A stretch of 62,868 bases of DNA, filler included, from Chrysochromulina tobinii (GCA_001275005.1; 9 parts of 9 records of this genome joined end to end with filler, not necessarily neighbours in it), one strand, 5' to 3'; counted from the first letter of the whole stretch, positions 33,518 to 46,642 are shown. Made by a program: numbers and translations. Notes: generated by a model from the letters alone, not told the origin.

Positions 33518-35817
33518 TTAGGCTTCGTAGCTGGGACGCCGAGCTTTGTGTGTCGATCCGGCCCTGGTCGGCTGACCGGGGGGGCGCTCTCGGCGCATCG
33601 GCGCGTACTCACCGTCCTGATCACGATCCTCCTGTGTGCAGCTTTGCCTTCCGCGCTCCTGTGCAAGGGGGTCGGTGATGGGCGCCAGCACGACGATGGC
33701 AGGGGCGCCTTGGGACGGGCTGCCCGGGGCAGCGCTCCCCGGTAGCTCCCCGGTACCGTCCTCGGTAGCTCCCTGGTAGCTCCCCGGGGGCTCACCCCCC
33801 GAGTGGCTCGAGAGACGGCGCGAGCGATGCTGATGAAGACGATTCTTCTTGAGGTGGATCACTTGCTGATCGAGCATAAGTTTCTCGAGACGGGCGGCCA
33901 CTTGATGCACCGAGAGGGCGAGCGTGTTGAGCATCGCGTCCGTCGTGCGCGCATAGCACGTCACCACCTCGCGCAGCTCGGACATCTCGCGCCGGCTCTC
34001 CTCGAAGAGAGTAGCAGACGCGCCGGCGCCGGCGCCACCGCCGGCGCCACCACTGACGTAGTCGCCGATGAGGTTATCGGTCGCAAAGTCCTTCTCCTCG
34101 TCACCTTCGATCATCGTAGCGGCCTTGAACGCATTGTCGAACGACGCTACTTTAGCGTGTCGTTGCAGAGTGCCTTCGTCGAGAAAGACGCTCGTGAGTC
34201 GCGCACAGTCGGATAGATTCTGGCCCGACGGCACCCGAAGCTTCAGACGCGCCTCCTGGATGAGATGCCGGCGGAGAGCGAGGAGCACGGCCACGCGCCT
34301 GATGCGCCTCGCCGTCGTGTGGAACCTAGCTGCGATCGTGAGCAGCTCGCGCCGCCCGATGTAGTAGACCTCGAGGTAGTTCATCGCGCGCGCCTGCGCC
34401 GTCGAGCGCAGCTTGGGAGAGGAGAGGATCATATCCTCGCCCCACACCTTTCCCGTTGTGAGCAGCTTCACGCGGTAGAGGGCAATGCCGCGGTACACCA
34501 CGTACAGGAAGCCTATCTTGGGCACGTCGCCCGGCGCGTACACGACCGGGAGCATCTGGAGGCACAGCTCCATGACGAACGGGCGCGACGCGCCTTTCAA
34601 AAAGGAGACGCGCCCTATCCTATGTTTGGAGGTCTCGAAGGCAATCTCCCCTTTGAGGGACGGTGCCATCCGGAGCATGAGCGCTCGCTTCGTCTCCGAG
34701 AACCGGATGTGCTTCGACTCTCGAAAGTACTCACGGAGCCTGAGGCGCAACGGCAACGGCACCGACTCGCGACTCATGAATCGGTTGAGTTCATCCATTA
34801 ATGCGTGGAAGGCGTTCTCTTCGGGGTTGAATGACGAGACGACACCGCAGAAGGTGCCGATGACGCTCGCCCAATAGAACGCCGACGCGAGCATGAGGAA
34901 CGACGCGATCCCCATCTCGACCGGGTTGTTGAACGTCGCGGCAATGTCGCCGTATCCGATCGTGGCCATAGTCATCGTTGACCAGTAGAAAGCTGCCATG
35001 TAGATATTGACGGGCGGCTCGCACGTGTAGCCCAGCGTCGCGTTCGCATCGTCGACGTAGACGCAGTAGCCGCTCGCGCCGAGCCACGACGGGACCGGCG
35101 TCTCGCTGGTTGGCGACCCGAGAGGCGTCTCGTTGACCAGATCCGCCTGCAGCACCCAGACGCACGCCATCCAGTGCAGAAAGATGCACACCATGCCGAC
35201 GCAAGTGATGATCGAGAGGGTCGAGTACGCGATCGAGACGCGCGTCGCCCAGCGCATTACAATGCGTGATGAGCGGAGCAGCCGCGCTAGCTTCAAGAGG
35301 CGCAGCACGCGCAGCATCTTCAGGCCGACAAGGTTGGCGACCACGCGTTTGACCGCACCTTCGTCGGGCGAGACGGCGAGTATGTCGAGAGCTGAGACAG
35401 CGACGGAGAGCACGTCGAGTAGGAACCAGCTGGTGAGATAGATGCGCGCGTTCACCAAGGGATTCTCTTCCCACTGCATGCTCGAGAGCCTGCGCGTCCC
35501 GCTCGACCGCTGCTTCATCGTGACAAAGTTCACAAACACGTCTATGGAAAAGATCATGTCGACGACTCGGTTAACGTAGAAGAGTACGTCGAGTTTCGCT
35601 TCGAGCAGGACTCATAGGGCGTCACGAGGGCGGTGAAGAGAAGGGCGAGCGTCGTCAGAGCGTCCCAGTATTGCAATCGTCTCGACGTTCTCGGATCGAT
35701 CCGATACCAAAGTTTCCTGGGCTGGAGCTGACGCGCGTACTGCTTGATGGCTTCCGGGGTGGTGAAGATCTGCACCGGTCGAGGCGCCTCAACGCCACTG
35801 AGGGCGTTGGGTCCCAT
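33518..35817 (-). CDS. cyclic-nucleotide-binding-domain K+ channel (KCNH/HCN-like), with an apparent frameshift near 35610
   Basis: S1 WDALTTLALLFTALVTPYE, S4 LKMLRVLRLLKLARLLR, pore TMATIGYGD, C-linker LRLREYF, CNBD-like region. S1 lies in a different frame from S2 onwards. Confidence 0.85.
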
Positions 35818-36782
35818 CGGCCCACCAGGGCTTGGAATGTGATCGAAAATCAAGCTCACCGCAGGTGTGGTTGTGTTCAGTTAGGTGGGTGTCGAATTCT
35901 AAACATTGGTTGTGAATGAGGGCTCCCGCAGGCGAGCCGACCTTTCGGTCCGGCCGAGCATGCATGCATATACCGCCCATATTACCATATCGGGTCGTGA
36001 TGAACGCTGAGTGCGTCCCGCGCTTAGTGCTTCGAGAAAGCTTCGAGAATCCGCTCTCGCGTCTCGTGCGCTTTATCGTGTTGTTGTTGCTGTGTCCCAC
36101 CCTCCCTTCCCTGGGGGTTTCTGAGGCATTGGGGGGACGTCGTGTTCGTTAACACTATACATCCCAACCTAGCCCAACGAACTGTGAGACTGGAATCCTT
36201 AGCTGTGTCGCGAGAGTTCGAGAGTAGCTCCTCGGATCCCCCACAGGCGATCGAGAGGGAAGAAGTGGGCGAAGACCGCTTACACTAGCTTGTCCGACAC
36301 AAACCAAAGAAGGGTATCACAACAGTGTGACCATACATGGCATGGGAGTCTAACCAAACATGGTAAGACAGTATGCATGCATCTACTAAGAGATGTACCG
36401 ACCCCTCCCCTGACCTAAGCCCTACTCATATGTGAGGTCTTGCTGGACCTCAGTCGAGATCAGGTGAAACCACTTGTCTCGCGGCAAGCTGTATGTTTTT
36501 CCGCGCGCGTGCCAAGTGGCGCCCATCCTCGCATCCGTGTTCAGGAGCTCGAGGGCATGCTGGTGGCAACGCTAGCGCTCGCCATGCTAGGGGTTNNNNN
36601 NNNNNNNNNNNNNNNNNNNNNNNNNNNNNNNNNNNNNNNTTAATTAATTAANNNNNNNNNNNNNNNNNNNNNNNNNNNNNNNNNNNNNNNNNNNNACACG
36701 TACTGTACGAACGCTTTCGTCGAGCATTTATCTTGGATCGAAAAAATGGACAGGGAATGGACAAATTCACAGTCACTCCCTT

Positions 36783-38335
36783 TGAAGCCGAAGGCGGCGG
36801 CGAGCGTCAAGCCCGCCAGGGCAGCAAGGGCGAGGGCAGCGGCCGAGATGATGAGCGAGCTGAAGCCGAAGGCGGCGGCGAGCGTCGAGCCCGTCAGGGC
36901 GATCAGCTGCACGCGCGCCGAGCAGCGTGATGCGGCCTGTGCTGCGGAGGCGAAGGCGTGAGCAGCGGCCGAGGTGATGAGCGAGCTGAAGCCGAGGGCG
37001 GCGGCGAGCATCAAGCCCGTCAGGGCGATCAGCTGCACGCGCGCCTAGGAGCGCGATGCGGCCTGTGCTGCGGAGCCGAGGGCCAGGGCAGCGGCCGAGA
37101 TGATGAGCGAGCTGAAGCCGAAGGTGGCGGCGAGCGTCGAGCCCGTCAGGGCTACGTCAGGGCGATCAGCTACAAGCGTGCCGAGCGGCGCGATGCGGCC
37201 TGTGCTGCGCGAGCCGAGGGCGAGGGCAGCGGCCGAGATGATGAGCGAGCTGAAGCCGAGGGCGGCGGCGAGCGTCAAGCCCGTCAGGGCGATCAGCTGC
37301 ACGCGCGCCTAGGAGCGCGATGCGGCCTGTGCTGCGCGAGCCGAGGGCCAGGGCAGCGTCCGAGATGATGAACGAGCTGAAGCTGCAGGCGGCGGTGAGC
37401 GTCCAGCCCGTCAGGGCGATCAGCTGCACGCGTGCCGAGCGGCGCGATGCGGCCTGTGCTGCGCGAGCCGAGGGCCAGGGCAGCGGCCGAGATGATGAGC
37501 GAGCTGAAGCTGCAGGCGGCGGTGAGCGTCAAGCCCGTCAGGGCGATCAGCTGCACGCGTGCCGAGCGGCGCGATGCGGCCTGTGCTGCGCGAGCCGAGG
37601 GCGAGGGCAGCGGCCGAGATGATGAGCGAGCTGAAGCCGAAGGTGGCGGCGAGCGTCGAGCCCGTCAGGGCGATCAGCTGCACGCGTGCCGAGCAGCGCG
37701 ATGCGGCCTGTGCTGCGGAGGCGAGGGTGAGATCAGCGGCTGAGATGATGAGCGAGCTGAAGCAGAAGGCGGCGGCGAGCGTCAAGCCCGTCAGGGCGAT
37801 CAGCTGCACGCGTGCCGAGCAGCGTGATGCGGCCTGTGCCGCCCGAGCCTAGGGCGAGGGCTACGGCCACGATGAAAAGTGATCTGAAGCCGCATGTGTT
37901 GGCGAGCGTCACGCCCGTCAGGGCGATCCGTTGCGCATTCGAGCATGGCAGCCTGTGCTGCCCGAGGCGCACTGCGGCCGACATGATGAGCGAGCTGAGG
38001 CTGCAGGCTGCGGCGAGCGTCCAGCCCGTCAGGGCGATGAGCTGCGTTCGGAGCGGCGCGAGGCGGCCTGTGCTGCGAGGCCGAGGGCGAGGGCAGCGGC
38101 CGAGATGATGAGCGAGCTGAAGCCGAAGGCGGCGGCGAGCGTCGAGCCCTTCAGGGCGATCAGCTGCACGCGCGCCGAGCAGCGTGATGCGGCCTGTGCT
38201 GCGCGAGCTGAGGGCGAACGCAGCGGCAGAGATGACGAGTGAGATGAAGCTGCAGGCGGCGGCGAGCGTCACGCCCGTCACACAGGGCGATGAGCTGCAC
38301 GCGCGCCGAGCAGCGCGAGGAGGCCTGTGTAGTTG
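36783..38335. repeat. tandem array of about 12-13 copies of a 126-127-bp GC-rich unit
   Basis: The ATGAGCGAGCTGAAG anchor recurs at 36851, 36977, 37103, 37241, 37368, 37495, 37622, 37748, ~37875, 37986, 38108 and ~38235. Confidence 0.92.
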
Positions 38336-38706
38336 CCCAAGCCGAGGGTGTGAGCAATAAAATGGAGAGCACGAAGAGGTACAGGATAGGACACCCTCGG
38401 TCGCGAGGGAGGGCGGCGGAGCGGCGCCTTTGGTCACGAGGGAGAGCGGCGGAGCGGCGACGTCGACCACGCGCGACTCAAGTCAAACGTTTGACTGTCG
38501 GGAGCGCGAACGGAATAGCGCGCACTTGCATGCTCAATCGGCGCCCGATTTGGACCCCCCCATCATCTCATCGTCGTGACCTCTCCCCCCCCAGAGGCAC
38601 CCCCCGCCACCCGACACAGGCAGCGCAGCGGCGCTCCCTCCGTGAGGATGTATGGGGCGTTCGGGAATTCGAGAAGTTTCGTAACGTGTAATTAACGAAA
38701 TTTGTC

Positions 38707-40908
38707 ATGAAGGTTCTGCTGCTGCTCTTGCTGCCGAACGTGGACGCTTATTCCACTGCGACAAGTAGGCATTTTGCGTACCTCTCGAGGCATGCACCTC
38801 TGCAGCTGGCAGTCGTAGAGAGTGATGTGATTGCGGCGACGCAGGTGGCGAGTGCTATTTCGGAGACGCTTCCCGCAGCTGGCCGCGTGGTGCCCACGAT
38901 GCGCAAGCGCGACCGGCTGCGTCAAGTGCTGCAGTTTCCCCGCAATGCGGTTAGCGTGGGCAAAGCGATAAATGAGGCTGCTGAGGAGCTGGTCGGCGAC
39001 TCGTGCGACGTCGATGCGCCTGAGGTGTGTGAAGACGAGAGCAAGTTCAAGGCAGCGAAGCGCGAGCTGGGCGCTCTCATCCGCAAGTCACTCTTCTTCT
39101 GGCAGGGCAGCGCGACCAACAAGGACCTCGCAGAGACAGAGGCAGACAGCATGGAGTCGGGCTGGGTGCAGCGCGGGCAGGGCTCAGCCTTCAAGCGTAC
39201 GACGGAGGTATGGGGTTTCCTCGCACGCTCGGGTCTGCGTGTGGTCAAGGCGGGCAAGACCAAGGGCACACCCGAGGAGGTATCAGCCACCAAGACGGCC
39301 GCGGCCGAGTTCATACGCGACGGTCTCTTCACGCTCGGTCCGACGTTCGTCAAGCTCGGCCAGGTGGTGTCGACACGCTCGGACGTACTTGAGAAGGAGT
39401 ACATAGAGGTGCTCAAGGACCTGCAGGACAACGTGCCCGGCTTCGGAGGCGATCGTGCCGTCCAGATCATCGAGAAGGAGTTGGGCAAGCCCATCGGGCA
39501 GATCTTCGACTCGTTTGAGCGCGAGCCAATCGCGGCCGCGTCGCTTGGTCAGGTGCACAAGGCAGTGTACAAGGGCACCGCGGTGGCTGTCAAGGTGCAG
39601 CGCGCAGGACTCAAGGAGCTCTTCGACACCGACCTCAAAAACCTCAAGGTACTTGTCAAGCTGCTCGACAAGTTCGACCCGAAGTCGGACGGTGCCGACC
39701 GCTCGTACGCGGACATCTACGACGAGTCGGCCAAGCTGTTGTATGAGGAGATTGATTACATGCGGGAGGGGCGAAACGGGGCGCGCTTCGCGCAGTCGCT
39801 CGCAAAGGTCGGGCTTGATTACATTAAGGTGCCCACCGTCTTCTGGGAGGTGACCAATGAGCGCGTGCTCACGATGGAGTTCGTCGAGTCCTTTAAGCTG
39901 ACCGACGTCGCGCGCGTAGAGGCTGAGGGGCTAGATCGCAAGTTGCTCGCTGACCGCGTCGCAGACTCATTTCTAGCGCAGATCCTCAAAACGGGGTACT
40001 TCCACTGCGACCCTCACCCTGGCAACCTGTGCGTCAACAAGGAGGGCAAGCTCGTCTTCTACGACTGCGGCATGATGAACGAGCTACAGCCCAATGTCGC
40101 TAAAGGCTTCAAGGAAGCGTGCTTCGCCATCTTCGGCGGTGGTCCGTTCATCTCCGAGATTCAGCTCGATGCGGCGGGCAAGCGACTCGTCGACGCACTC
40201 GAGTTGATGGGTGTGCTCGCCAAGAGCGCCGACCGCCTCTCTGTCGAGAAGCTCGCGCGCTACTTCATTCGCACCTTCAAGGATGTGCAGCTCGGAAAGA
40301 GCGCGAGCAACATCAAGACCACCCTCGGCGCCGACCTGCAAGCACTTACCGACCAGCAAGTCTTCCGCTTTCCTTCGACGTTCACCTTCATCTTCCGCGC
40401 ATTTGCCTCGGTCGACGGCATCGGCAAGGGCCTCACCGAGGACTTTGACATCCCCAAGCTCGCGCAGCCTTTCATCAACGAGCTCACCGTGGGCGACGTG
40501 CCGAAGAGCGTCCTCGAAGTCTTCCTCGAGCGCACGGGCAAGGCGACCGGCCTGAACACAGACGACGTAAACACGGCGCTCAACCAGCCACGCAAAGTCG
40601 CGTACCTCGAGCAGACCCTGCGCGCGATGGAACAGGGCAACCTCAAGATCCGCGTGCGCTCGCTCGAGAATGAGCGCGCTCTCGCGCGCGTGGCGCTCAC
40701 CCAAGAGGTGACCAACAACTTGCTTGTGACTTCTCTGCTGCTCCACATGGGACTGGCGCGGCTGACGCCACTGCCGGCACTCTGGCTGCTTGGCGCGGGT
40801 GCCTTCTTTGCCAAGGCCGGCGGCGCGGCGCTTTCGATCAAGATCTTTGATAAGAAAGCCGCGCGGTACGAGGCCAAGGACTTTGGCGACGTCGACGCTA
40901 CGAAATGA
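38707..40908 (+). CDS. ABC1/UbiB atypical kinase (ABC1K7/8-like), probably plastid-targeted
   Basis: LGPTFVKLGQVVSTRSD, PIAAASLGQVHKA, VAVKVQR, GYFHCDPHPGN, FYDCGMM. N-terminal signal peptide plus transit-like segment. Confidence 0.92.
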   Translation: MKVLLLLLLPNVDAYSTATSRHFAYLSRHAPLQLAVVESDVIAATQVASAISETLPAAGRVVPTMRKRDRLRQVLQFPRNAVSVGKAINEAAEELVGDSCDVDAPEVCEDESKFKAAKRELGALIRKSLFFWQGSATNKDLAETEADSMESGWVQRGQGSAFKRTTEVWGFLARSGLRVVKAGKTKGTPEEVSATKTAAAEFIRDGLFTLGPTFVKLGQVVSTRSDVLEKEYIEVLKDLQDNVPGFGGDRAVQIIEKELGKPIGQIFDSFEREPIAAASLGQVHKAVYKGTAVAVKVQRAGLKELFDTDLKNLKVLVKLLDKFDPKSDGADRSYADIYDESAKLLYEEIDYMREGRNGARFAQSLAKVGLDYIKVPTVFWEVTNERVLTMEFVESFKLTDVARVEAEGLDRKLLADRVADSFLAQILKTGYFHCDPHPGNLCVNKEGKLVFYDCGMMNELQPNVAKGFKEACFAIFGGGPFISEIQLDAAGKRLVDALELMGVLAKSADRLSVEKLARYFIRTFKDVQLGKSASNIKTTLGADLQALTDQQVFRFPSTFTFIFRAFASVDGIGKGLTEDFDIPKLAQPFINELTVGDVPKSVLEVFLERTGKATGLNTDDVNTALNQPRKVAYLEQTLRAMEQGNLKIRVRSLENERALARVALTQEVTNNLLVTSLLLHMGLARLTPLPALWLLGAGAFFAKAGGAALSIKIFDKKAARYEAKDFGDVDATK

Positions 40909-41545
40909 CGGGCGCATCGCGAAAATCCTCAGGGCCGGGCGGTCTATCACTCAAAGCACTGAACCACTGACTTCCCACTGACTGAACCACCCACGCCAAG
41001 GGGTGGGCACTTGTGTCAGTGATGTGTCAGTGTCAGGAGCGTGCGTGGGGACGTGATGGGTACGTTGACGTGTGCGGGTGTTCGCAGGGCGGCCGCGCCG
41101 CAGCACTCGCGGCCCCCGCCCAAGTCCTCGCCCTCGCGCCCCCGCCGGCGCGGCGGGGCGCTCGCCGGCCGCCGCGCCCCCGCGCGTCTCGCCTCTCCCG
41201 ACCAGCACGCGAGCAGAGTTTCGTACTTGTACAACCGCATGCGTTACAACTATAGCACTATACGCCCCCCCGCACTGGCGACTTACTGGCGACTGGAAAC
41301 TCCCTGACCACACATTTTATGCACGCTCTGTGGGCTTTCTGTGCCGATCGGGAGCCGGGTAGCCGCGGGACCGTAAGGGAAAACTAAGAGCAGGAGTGAT
41401 AATGGCAATCTGGCGCCTTGGACGCCCTTGAATATTCAGAAGAAGAAGAGAGAGAGAGTCGTCGGGGAATCGATCAAAGCAAGAACCCGTTCAGTCGGTC
41501 AGTCGGTCAGTCAGTAGGCTGAGGCGTTGCGGCGGGCGGAGCGTC

Positions 41546-43596
41546 TCACGAAAATGAAAGGGGCACCATCTCGGCCTTGCGCGCCGCCTCCTTCATCTCC
41601 TCCTCGAGCCTGGCCGAGATGGAGTGCTCGACAAATGACGCGCGCGATGCCTTGCAGTCGACGGCGCGTGAATCCGCGTCCGCCGCGAGCACCACGCCGT
41701 GGTCTTCGATGAAGGCGAGGCACTCGCCGTCGGCGTCGAAGCCAAGGTTGCGCGTGAGGAAGCTGAGCGGCACCGTCGGAGCGTACGCCTTCAAGAGCAC
41801 GCGCACCGCGTCGAGGCGCGCACGGTCCACGAAGGTGTCCATCACGTGCTCCGAGTGCCCCGGGGCGGATGCATACAGGCGGAAGAGAAGGCAGTAGTCG
41901 CCCAGGGCTTCAGCGGCGCGCACCTGTAGCGCGTGGCATATGAACTCATTCATCTTGTCCTCCGCAGTGAGCGCGAGCATCAGGTCGGCTACGTTGTTGT
42001 GCGCGCCCATGCCTACGTTGTACAGGATGTTGTACGCGGCGAACTCGCGCTTGCCTTCAGCTGTGCCGAGGCCCTCCTCATACAGCTGCGTGAGCTGCGC
42101 CTGACATTGCTGGAATTCAACACGATCGTCGAACTCCAGGCATATGCGAGCATGCATCTCGTACACCTCGACGGTGAAGGCGTTGCGTATGCGCTGCACA
42201 GTCAGGTCCTGGCGCACCGCCTTCATGCGCTCCCACAAGAAGATGTACTGCTCCTGCCCGCGCTCTTCGCCGTAGCTCTCGTACCGCTCGGTGATCATCT
42301 GGATCGCCTGTTTGAGCACTGGTTCGGGACGAACCGTCGCAGGATCAGGCGCCGCGGTGAGCCGCAGGTACTTTTTGTCTACAGTCTGGGACGTGCCGAC
42401 CACGGTGTAATCGAGGACAATGTCGGCCGAGCCGTCGCCCGTGTCGACGCGGGAGGGAGCAGGGCGTTCCCAACGGTTCGAGGAGCCTCCGCCGCGCGGC
42501 GTCCGCTGCTGCGGCCCGTCGTCAAACCGACCAAGACGGCGCTGTCGCTTGGCCACCTCATACTCGTCAAGTGCGCCGCCGCCACCGCCGCCGCTGCGTT
42601 CGTCATCATGGTAGCCGTCTTCATCCCTGTGGAGGTTCACGCCCTTCTTCACCTTACGCTTCCTGGTCCGGTTGCTCATTTGCTCGATGTCGTCGTCGTC
42701 ACCCGAGCGCACGCCGCCGTCGCGAGGCTGGTGGTAGCTGGACCTGCCTCCACGGGCTAAAGCATCTGTGAGGGAATTGGGGGGCGGCAACCACAGCTGC
42801 TTCGCACGCTCGGGCAGCGGCTCGTCCTCCCAAGCGGTGCTCCACAGGGTTTGCGTCTCGCTAGCACGCTGGATGCGCAGCCGGAGGTTGTGCTGGACGT
42901 GGGAACGCTCCAGATCAGACTTGCATGCTTGGAAGGCACGCTCCACCCACGCTCGCAGAGTCGCCGGCCATTCGTTCCCAGCCCCTCCTACAGCCCCTCC
43001 CTGCCCCCCTCCCTGCCCCCCTCCCTGCCCGTGTCCCGGTCCCTTCCCCGCCGCAGGCGCAGCAGCAGGCGCTGGGATTGCAGGTGCAGCAGCAGCGGCA
43101 GGCTTGGTCAGTAGCTGGGCGGGCTTGTAAAGTTGATAGGGTTGGAAGCAGCCGTTTGTGGCGACGGCGGGCATCGCCGTCATCGAGGCGGCGGCGGCTT
43201 GGCACCGCGCCGCCGCATGTGCGGCTGCGTGCGCGATGCTTGTGGAATTCAGCATTACCGCGGGGGCTGTGGTGCTGCCAATCACCTGGCCGCTCTGCTG
43301 CTGTGTGCGGATCGTGTTCGAGGCGGCCGTCGAGCCGGTGCTAGCGGTGCCGTACCATTGCGAGTACGAGTTGTAGCCGCTGGTGGTGCCCGTTGAAGAG
43401 CCTGCACATACATATGCTGCGGTCGAGGATGCTGATCCAGGGATGGCCGAGGGGTGCATGGGTTGCGGCTGCGGCGACGGCTGCATCTGCTGCGCTTGCT
43501 GCTGCTGCGCCTGCTGCTGAAGCGCTTGCTGCCGAAAGTACTCTTGCCAAGCTGCCACGCGCTGCTCCTCTGTGTAGCCAGTGGCGCTGCTGCTCG

Positions 43597-43648
<52 letters not shown>

Positions 43649-43786
43649 AGCAGCCACAGCCGCAGCAGCAGCAGCCGCAGCAGCCGTAGCGGCTGCGTTC
43701 TGCTGGTAATGCTGCTGCTGGGCGTGCGCGAGTTGCTGCTGCTGCTGGGCGAGCTTCGCGTAATACTCCTGCCACTGTTGCTGCAT
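41546..43786 (-). CDS. SAC3/GANP-family protein (LENG8/Thp3-like)
   Basis: WPATLRAWVERAF, VVGTSQTVDKKYLRLTAAPDPATVRP, MKAVRQDLTVQRIRNAFTVEVYEMHARICLE, PCI-like tail, Q-rich N-terminus. Confidence 0.9.
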
Positions 43787-46480
43787 CGTGCGAGGGCGAC
43801 GCGACGCAAACTTGAAATGACCGCCGGGCGCCCGGGCCGGGCGCTTTCATATGCCCAAACTCCTTTCAGAGCCAATGGTTATAAGTCGACACCCAAGACA
43901 CCGGACCGGCGTACTTACGGATGCGGTTACCACTAGCTCGGGGACCCCTGGACCCCCTTCTCACAGTCATCCTCGATCAGCCGCCTTCACACCGCCTGCA
44001 TGCTCACGCCTGCGTGCGGCTTCGTCTTTCGAGGCGAAGGTGCGGTTGCCTGTGTGCTTGGCCCGTCCGGGCAAGCTGCAGGCTCAAGCGGTGCTGATCG
44101 TAGCCGAAAATGCCGCCACGGCCGAGGTGCTTGCATTGGNNNNNNNNNNNNNNNNNNNNNNNNNNNNNNNNNNNNNNNNNNNNTTAATTAATTAANNNNN
44201 NNNNNNNNNNNNNNNNNNNNNNNNNNNNNNNNNNNNNNNAGTTAGAAGAACTTCCGGTGGTCGAGAGTGATTGAACGCGGCGCGATGATACTAGCTTCTC
44301 CTCAGAGACACTCCGTGTCACTATCCAGGGAAGGGGGGAGAGGGGGATTTCGTAGGGAGGTGCGAGATCGATCCTTTTATGTGAGCTCGTCCTGTTTGTC
44401 TTCTTTATGAAGTTTAAGGTTGTATAGTTCACCATCAACGGCGCGCTCGTCGAGGGCTGCCCGGCGACCAGGTCGACCGGCGCGTCGCACGAGAGCCCGA
44501 GGTCCTTGGCCATCTCATCGACGAGGAAGCCGCCGTGCGCCATGATCTTGGTGGGCTGCCCGCGGACGTCCAAGGCGCGCACGCACAGCTCAAAGCCGGC
44601 CGTCATGAGGTTGACGGACCCAGTCGAGTGCCGCCCGCCGTGAGGGCATAGGCGGCCAGCACGGCCCGGTCCGCCTCGCTCGGCCGGAGCGCGTCGCGCA
44701 CGACGCGCGCGACCACGCCGTCGCGCACGACGCCGTCGACGCGGCGCAGCAGCGCGACCACGCCGCCGAGCGCCTCGCCCGCGAGCTCCCACATGGCCAT
44801 CGGCCGAGCGGCGAGCTCGGCCTTGCCGGCGGTGGCGAGGATCTCGCCAAGGCCGAGCTGCACAGCCACCTCGGCCAGACGCTGCCGGTGGCGCCGCGCC
44901 ACCGACCTGGCCTTGGCGCGCGCGCCCTCGTCGCGGCACTCGACGGCGAGACGCTCCATCAGGTCGATGAGCTCAATCTCCTTGTCGAGCCGCGCGCGCG
45001 CCGCGGCGGCTGCGCCATCGCTCGCGAGGACGCGAGCCCGGCGGCGGCCACAAGCTCGCCCTCCTCCACCTCCTCCGCCTCCTCCGCCTCCTCCTCCACC
45101 TCCTCCTCCTCGCTCTCCGACCCCTCCGAATCAAGGTCGAGCGCCACCGCCAAGCGCCGCCCCAGCACCTCGTCGATCGGCGGCTGGTGCCGCGCGTTCT
45201 TCGCGGCCGCGGTCGACCTGCGCTCGGCGAGCGCCGACGACGACGTCTTCCTCGTCGACGTGCTCCGCCCGCCCGCGCTCATCCGGCGCATCTCGGTCTC
45301 GCCCGAGTCGCTGCGCGAGGGCACCGCCTAGCACCGCCGCGCAGCAAGAGGTGGCGGCGCAGCCCGAGGCGCGCCTGCTACGCGCCTGCTCCTGGCCTTC
45401 CACAGGCTGCGCCGCGGCAGCGCCTACAGCCGCCGGCTGGCCCATCGCAAGCTGGCGCGTGGCACGCCCGTGCTCTGCCTCGAAGCGGTCGACTACGCGC
45501 GCGCGCCGCCCCCCTTTGCGCTGTGATCAGCACAGCGTGCATGTGCGCGTACTGTCGGCTCGGAGCCACGCTGTGTGTGGAGGCGTACACTGCAGAGGTG
45601 TACCGAAAGGTGTCCGCGTACTGTGCTGCGGCGGCGTCCATGTACTGGGAGACGTCGCACGTCGCGGTGAGTTTTTTGGTATAGCGTGTGCATGTGCATA
45701 TTGGAGGTGTCGGCATGCCCGAGGTGACCGCGGTGCCGGCGGATGCTGGATCGTTATACTGCTACTGGATCGGAGGTGTACTGGATTGGTGTGCATGTCC
45801 ACGGTGCAGAGGTTGTTCTGCTGCTGTGACACGGGGGAGTAGAGCACAGGCTTTGACACCTCTTCGGTAGACGGTACGCCTACACCCGTCCTCACAAGCG
45901 TCAAGTACACATCGTGTTCCCAATGCGTGTTCCTTCACATTTCACAGACGTTATATTTATCATCAAATCACTCCTCGTGATCCCATTCAGCTCGAAATCC
46001 CAGTGTCGTGGAAAATGCGCTATTGATATCGTATCCATTTCTGGACAGTGATCGGGCGCTTGGTCGACGGCCAAACCTACTCGGAAACTATGAGTGCACG
46101 TTGAAACCCACACACGAGCCTTTAATGATCCTGACCAGGGGAAACAGCCCCCGATGCGTGACGACGGGGAGCGTATCTCGGAACGTAAATCTCGGAGGCG
46201 AGCGGGTGGATGCGTGGCGAGCGATACACTCCCTCGGAGCCGTCCACGTGACCGAGAAGTCTTGGAGGGGCGTGCCGTCGGCGGCGACCGGCACGATCTG
46301 AAAGGGAGCGTATTACATTCTCGTCGTCGACGGCGGAGCTGTCCATGGTTGCGACGCCTGAGCGCAGACGTCGCCGTCCTCTACGCCCGCACCTCGTCCG
46401 CTTTCGACGTCGCCGTCACGGACCACCGGAGAGGAAAGGCGATCGCGAACAAGCGACCCCCCGCGGCCCAAAATACTAAA

Positions 46481-46642
46481 TAGCCCGGCCCGGACGGGAT
46501 TTGAACCCGCGCCAATTGCGAGAGAGAGAGAGTGAATTAGGTGGCATGAGGCGAGGGTGAAGGAGGTGGCGTTTAGAAAAGATAGAAAATAATTTGTCCA
46601 AAATAGCCCGGACGGGATTTGAACCCGCGCCCCTTGCGAGAA
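46481..46642 (-). repeat. two reiterated 3' halves of tRNA-Leu (46604-46642 exact, 46481-46523 degenerate) with a shared ~75-nt trailer
   Basis: 46604-46642 is identical to 47877-47915 (39 nt). The trailer GCGAGAGAGAG..TGAATTAGGTGGCA at 46518-46546 matches 47800-47824. Confidence 0.9.

Noticed and set aside
36783..38335. CRISPR or repeat-spacer array
   Set aside because: Whole units are homologous, with no unique spacers.
44240..46400. Protein-like fragments on the minus strand
   Set aside because: Multiple frame changes and no recognisable motif. Possibly decayed gene or TE pieces, but I cannot support a call.
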